A DNA stretch of 64,000 nt, taken from NCBI GenBank assembly GCA_048213135.1, contig PS015195.1, positions 42,267 through 106,266 of the forward strand. The letters are read 5' to 3'. Origin of the DNA: Reclinomonas americana ATCC 50394 (Eukaryota). Position numbers and translations under genes: made by a program. Position 1 is the first letter of the stretch; every line of letters starts with the position of its first letter. The notes under the pieces are model-generated. The model was not told the DNA's origin and ran no database searches. It was given only the letters and a program-made list of their open reading frames with translations. Shown here in pieces: positions 58,159-64,000 of the stretch.

Positions 58159-60424
58159 ATGGCAGTGCGACATGCGGATGCCGGCGGTCGCGCCTCCAAG
58201 TTCCTCAAGACGGAGAAGATTGGTGAGGGCACCTATGGTGTGGTGTACAAGGCAAGAAATGAGGTGCGTGCTTGTTTGTGATCGCACACTCGGGACACGC
58301 ACGCGCTCACCTTGTTTGTGTGTGTGCTCTTTGTCTCTCTCTCTCTGTGCTGATAGGAGACTGGTGAGTACGCGGCACTAAAGCGCATTCGACTGGAGTC
58401 CGAAGAAGAAGGTTTGCCGAGGCACTTTGGTCGACTGCCTTTTCACTCTCTCTCTCACACACTCTCTCTTCCTCTCACACACACTCTCTCCCTATCTAAT
58501 AGGTGTACCATGCACGGCCATTCGAGAGATTGCTCTGTTGCGCGAATTGAAGCACCCGAACATTGTGCGGTGCGTGCCACCATCGACATTGGTTGTCTCT
58601 CTGTCTCTTGTGTTGTCTCTGACACTCTCTCTGTGTGTGCCTCTGTGTGTGCGCAGGTTGCATGATGTGATTCACACGGACAAGAAGTTGACACTGGTGT
58701 TCGAGTTCCTCGACTATGATCTGAAAAAATTCTTGGATATGCACGAGGGCGACTTGCCACCACACATTATCAAGGTGTGTGTGAGAGAGAGAAGGGTCCT
58801 CTCTGTCTTCTGCTGCTGACATTTGCGTNNNNNNNNNNNNNNNNNNNNAGGGAGGGGGTGAGGGAGGGAGGGAAGGGGGGAGGGTGAGGGAGGGAGGGAG
58901 GGGGGAGGGAGGGAGGGAGGGACGGGGAGCGAGAGAGGGAGAGGGAGCGCGCGCATGCGAGATTGTTAGCGACTAGGGAGGCGCACAAGCAGGGAAGCAG
59001 TGATGTGGCAAGTGAAGAGTGCGGGGGTGGGTGTGGTAGAAACAGCGAAGCGGCACCGGTGGAAGGTGGAGAGCGTGTATGATGCACGAGGGTGTTTGCG
59101 TGTGAGAATGAGAAGGACGACTGGCGACGAGGGAGAAAAAGAGAAGAAATGCGGAAAGCAGGGAGAGTGATGCGAGAAAGAGTGGCCGAAAGCAACTCTG
59201 AGAGACGGAGAGACACAGCAAGCTGAACTGATGCTTTGACGAGAAGACAGTAGCGTTGTGTCGCTGTCTCTCGTGTCGCTGTCTCTCTCGTTGCTGTCGC
59301 TCTGTATCTCTGTCGCTCTCGTCGCTGTCGCTCTCCCTCGCTGTCGCTCTCCCTCGCTGTCGCTCTCCCTCGCTGTCGCTCTCCCTCGCTGTCGCTCTCC
59401 CTCGCTGTCGCTCTCCCTCGCTGTCGCTCTCGTCGCTGTCGCTCTCGTCGCTGTCGCTCTCGTCGCTGTCACTCTCGTCGCTGTCGCTCTCGTCGCTGTC
59501 GCTCTCCTCGCCGTCGCTCTCCTCGCCGTCGCTCTCCTCGCCGTCGCTCTCCTCGCTGTCGCTCTGTGTCGCTGTCGCTCTCGTCGCTCTTGTCGCTGTC
59601 GCTGTTGCTCTTGTCGCTGTCGTGTGTCGCTGTCACTGTGTAGTTGTTATTCTGTCGCTGTGTCTCTCCCCCAATCGCTCATGATGCCTCCTTTCCCTCG
59701 CGCGCTCTAATCTCTCCTCCCCTCTCCCTCGCGCAGCAAACGATGGAACTCAAACTGGCCGACTTTGGTCTCGCCCGTGCGTTTGGCATTCCCGTGCGCA
59801 AGTACACACATGAAGTTGAGTCGTCGTCGACAATGTTTGATATCATTTGTCACTCACCGCGCGCTGCAGGTCGTCACGTTGTGGTATCGACCACCGGATG
59901 TGCTTCTCGGCTCACAAAAGTACGGCACTCCTGTTGGTGAGTCGAGCGGGCATGATTTGGTGCCTCATCTCTGTCAAAGAGCTCGTGGGTGTTGCCAACT
60001 TGCAGATAGCACGTCCTAGTTATTTCTCTCTCTCTCTCTCTTAATCTCTCTCCTTTCTCCCTTTCTCACTCTCTCCTCTCCCTCCCCAGATGTCTGGTCC
60101 ATTGGCTGCATCTTTGCGGAAATGATAACAGGCCGGCCGCTCTTCGCGGGCAAGACGGAGATGGATCAGCTTTTGCGCATTTTCAAGTTTCGTTGCTGCT
60201 CCCCCCACTGTATTCCCTCTCTCCATCACTCACGCACCCGCTGTGCAGGATTCTCGGCACCCCCACGGAAGAAGTGTGGCCATCCATGCCCGAGATGCCA
60301 CACTACCAGTCGCTATGCGGTCTGCCCGAATTCCAAGAAGTGTACCCACCGCAACCACTTGAGCGCTACGTGACGCGGCTGGAGGGCGACCCGAATGGAC
60401 TCGATCTGTTGACGGTGTGTGGGG

Positions 60425-60500
<76 letters not shown>

Positions 60501-60589
60501 TAGTAGTAGTAGTAGTGGTGTGTAGTAGTAGTAGAGAGTAGAGAGAGAGAGAGAGAGAGAAGAACGAACGAACGAACGAACGAACGAAC

Positions 60590-60629
<40 letters not shown>

Positions 60630-61268
60630 ACGAACGANNNNNNNNNNNNNNNNNNNNNNNNNNNNNNNNNNNNNNNNNNNNNNNNNNNNNNNNNNNNNNN
60701 NNNNNNNNNNNNNNNNNNNNNNNNNNNNNNNNNNNNNNNNNNNNNNNNNNNNNNNNNNNNNNNNNNNNNNNNNNNNNNNNNNNNNNNNNNNNNNNNNNNN
60801 NNNNNNNNNNNNNNNNNNNNNNNNNNNNNNNNNNNNNNNNNNNNNNNNNNNNNNNNNNNNNNNNNNNNNNNNNNNNNNNNNNNNNNNNNNNNNNNNNNNN
60901 NNNNNNNNNNNNNNNNNNNNNNNNNNNNNNNNNNNNNNNNNNNNNNNNNNNNNNNNNNNNNNNNNNNNNNNNNNNNNNNNNNNNNNNNNNNNNNNNNNNN
61001 NNNNNNNNNNNNNNNNNNNNNNNNNNNNNNNNNNNNNNNNNNNNNNNNNNNNNNNNNNNNNNNNNNNNNNNNNNNNNNNNNNNNNNNNNNNNNNNNNNNN
61101 NNNNNNNNNNNNNNNNNNNNNNNNNNNNNNNNNNNNNNNNNNNNNNNNNNNNNNNNNNNNNNNNNNNNNNNNNNNNNNNNNNNNNNNNNNNNNNNNNNNN
61201 NNNNNNNNNNNNNNNNNNNNNNNNNNNNNNNNNNNNNNNNNNNNNNNNNNNNNNNNNNNNNNNNNNNN

Positions 61269-61338
<70 letters not shown>

Positions 61339-61380
61339 TCTCTACTACTCTCGTCGTGTTCTCTCTCTCTCTCTCTCCTC

Positions 61381-61431
<51 letters not shown>

Positions 61432-61745
61432 TTTCCTGTTTATTTTACCTGCCTTTCTTTCGCTCGCATGGGTCTTTGTTGTCGATTGTCGCTCACTCGA
61501 CGGCTTCCTTCTCTCCCTTTCCTCCCCCTTCCCTCATTCCTCCCCTTCCCTCATTCCTCCCCCTTCCCCACACACAGCGCATGCTCCGATACGAACCCGC
61601 CGACCGCATCACGGCCAAGGACGCGCTGGAGCACCCGTTCTTTGATGATTTGGTGGGTGCCGGCAGCGGTGCACCGTACGTGCCGCCCGGCTCCTTCACC
61701 GTCGGAGGCGCCAGTTCATCGGCGGCGGCCGGCGGCGGTGTGTAA
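58159..61745 (+). CDS. cyclin-dependent kinase with PCTAIRE helix (CDK5/Crp-like); the HRDLK exon is missing at the 58829 gap
   Basis: [119 protein letters not shown]. Confidence 0.95.
59255..59630. repeat. intronic 15-17-bp minisatellite (ctgtcgctctcgtcg / ctgtcgctctccctcg)
   Basis: Directly visible tandem array within a CDK intron. Confidence 0.9.
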
Positions 61746-62136
61746 ACTCGAGCCACTGAGTCGTGCGGATGTTTTTTTAGAGCGAGCGAATTGCGAAGGA
61801 GTTGCGAGTGCAGTGTACGGCATGTATGCAGCACACACGTGTGCGTGGGGTGGAGGGTTTCGTAAGCTACGACTGCCCGCTGATGAGAAATTGCCTTGTA
61901 CGTGTTCGAATTCACTTGCGTTCGACTTCCTTTCCACCTCTCGCAAGAATTCGACTCTGGTCGGTTATGCACGGGAGGCAGGCAACCTAGTGCACATTCC
62001 TGCCTTCCCTTTGGGCGGGAAGAGGAAGCCGACCTCGTGAACTGCACCTCGGACGGACGGTCGCGTCGAAAAACATAACCGTTTTGCAATTCAAGCATTG
62101 TGTGAGAGAAGAAGTGACGCAGTACCAACAAAAGCA

Positions 62137-63835
62137 ATGGGTGTCGAAGCAAGCAGCAGTTGCGCCTCTCCCACTTCCTTCCTCCGCTCGTACCTCCTCC
62201 CTGCTCACCCTGTCGCCCTCCTCAGTGACCTTTTCCGGCGGTGTGCGTGCCACTCCGCCTCTGACTGGCGACAACACACTCGGCCCCTCCACTGGAGGCC
62301 TCGTCAGTGGCATGGGCATGCTGGAGCCACAACCAAGCACTCTGCCGTGCCGCATGGGCGAGCTCGGGTGCGAGTGGTCGGGCATGAATGAGACGGAGGT
62401 GCGTTTGACAAAGGCACGCGTGCTCCCCCGTTCCAGTATGTGCGATTGACACCTCCCTCTCTCTCTCCCCCGCTGCGACTATAGCTTGGTGCCCATGAGA
62501 AGACGTGCGCGTATGTTCGTGCGGAGCGCCATTTTGAGCGACTTGTACGACAGGTGTGTTTGTCGCGATCGGACCTCCGTTTCTCCTCCTCCTCGTTTCC
62601 CCTCTCATTTCGTGCTATGCAGTTGTACCAGTGTGAGACCACGATCGAGGAACTGCGCGGAGCACTGGCCTCACAAACGCGAGAGGTAGGGCAAAGCAAG
62701 GGCCATGAGTGTGTGTGTTTTGTTTTTAGTGCGTGTATGTGTGTGCGGACTCACCTCATGCACAGCCAAGCTCATCAGTCCAGCCCGCTCACATTGTGCT
62801 CACAGCCGCGGATGCCTAGAGTTATCTCTCGCTGTGTGTGTATTATGCCACGGGGATTGCATCTTTTTTCGTCGCCCATCACCAACGTGGTTCTCATTGA
62901 GTGCTGTGCCCCCCCTTTCTCTCTCTCCCCCCTCCTCTCGTTTCCCTCTGTGCCATGTGCGTGTGCCGCTCTGTTGCACGACGCATGCAGCTTCACGTTC
63001 TGCGACGATTGGCCAAGGAGCAAGATCGCCGTTCGGATCAACTCGAGCAGCAGCTGGGTGACTTGCAGCAGACGGTGTGCGAGTTGACGTCGGCTGCCGC
63101 GGCGACGAATGCTGCGCCCGGCGCCACCACCACCACCGCCGCCGAGCCACACTGCTGCAGTGGCGGCTCGTGCCACGCACACGTGCACGACCACGAGCAC
63201 GTGCAACCACTCGTCGCCTCTGCATCGCCGGCAATCGCCAGTCGCGTTGAGTACCAGCTGCCGCTGGCGCCACCACCTGTGCAGCCGGCGTACGTGTCGC
63301 CACCAGTGGCACGGGCCGCTCCCCGTCGCTCGCGCGTGACGGTGGACACGGAGAGCACCACCGACATTATGGCGGCCTTCAACGGCGACTCGTCACCCAT
63401 TTCCGCATCATCGGCACCGGCCTCAGGCTCCGGCTCGCCGACCAGCATTTTGGTTCTCGGCTCCCCACTGCCGTCGCCGTTCGGCTCCCCCAGCTCGTCC
63501 CCCGGCTCCTCCCCAACTTCGGCAGCACAGGCCGCCCGGACACCCTTCGTGTGCCGCAAGTGTCACGAGACCATTGACGGTCGCACACCACCCGGTCCGT
63601 GCCGCTTCCACCCCGGAGCACAGCTGAAGAATGTTGCGCGTCGATTGCGATTTGGATGAAGGTCTCTCCATATATGTGCGCTCACTCCTTCTCTTTTGCA
63701 CGGATGCAGTACGGACCACCGTACTGGCAGTGCTGCGGACAGGGTGTGGACTCGCCGGGCTGCCGCGCCATGGAGCAGCATGCGCCGCCACGGCAACCCT
63801 CGAACCGACCGCGCACGGTGCGCATCGGTCAGTGA
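62137..63835 (+). CDS. putative N-myristoylated protein with TRAF-type Zn finger, coiled coil and C-terminal CHORD/Btk-like Zn finger
   Basis: MGVEASS|MTFSGG; PCRMGELGCEWSG..|LGAHEKTC; LEQQLGDLQQTVCEL; CRKC..CRFHPG..|..WQCC..PGC..H. Confidence 0.7.
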
Positions 63836-64000
63836 GGATGATCCCGGTGTGTGTGTGTGTGGAGGGGAGAAAAAGACAGGGAGACAAGGCGGGCGAGACA
63901 GAAACCTACGCCGCCTCTTGTTTATGAAAACGGCAATGTAAACTGTAGATTGTGTGGTATTGAGAATGTGCGCATCTGCCCGTGTCCGAAGACTGCACCG

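Noticed and set aside
58775-59740. CDK lacking the HRDLKPQN catalytic exon (pseudogene?)
   Set aside because: An N gap lies in this intron and all other motifs are intact, so the exon is probably unassembled

Overview
This is an intron-rich, microsatellite-rich eukaryotic (protist-like) scaffold with many N gaps and no recognisable rRNA, tRNA, CRISPR array or transposase. Splicing by hand (GT..AG, CTCAC/CTRAY-like branch sites) gives about 22 tightly packed genes: a two-domain Golgi glycosyltransferase, an LRR-like protein, a CPA2 cation/H+ antiporter, a large protein ending in an atypical kinase, a temptin-FN3-ferric reductase fusion, a GH47 alpha-1,2-mannosidase, a Nudix hydrolase, TFIIH p8 (TFB5), spermidine synthase, MsrA, several coiled-coil proteins, the first exon of UCH37, two duplicated SUEL-lectin-like secreted proteins, an EGF/fibre-like secreted protein, two paralogous microproteins, TCF25/Rqc1, a PCTAIRE-motif CDK5-like kinase and a myristoylated Zn-finger protein. 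Four observations stand out. (1) A frequent second class of 5' splice site, GTTGCG(T/C), looks like the ordinary GTGCGT donor shifted by one base and almost always follows a non-G exon end. (2) A ferric reductase carries an extracellular temptin plus FN3 domain. (3) An EGF protein is fused to a phage-fibre-like beta-repeat stalk. (4) A pair of paralogous spliced microproteins is missed by the ORF track. All family calls come from motif recognition by eye; no searches were run, and exon boundaries are predictions.
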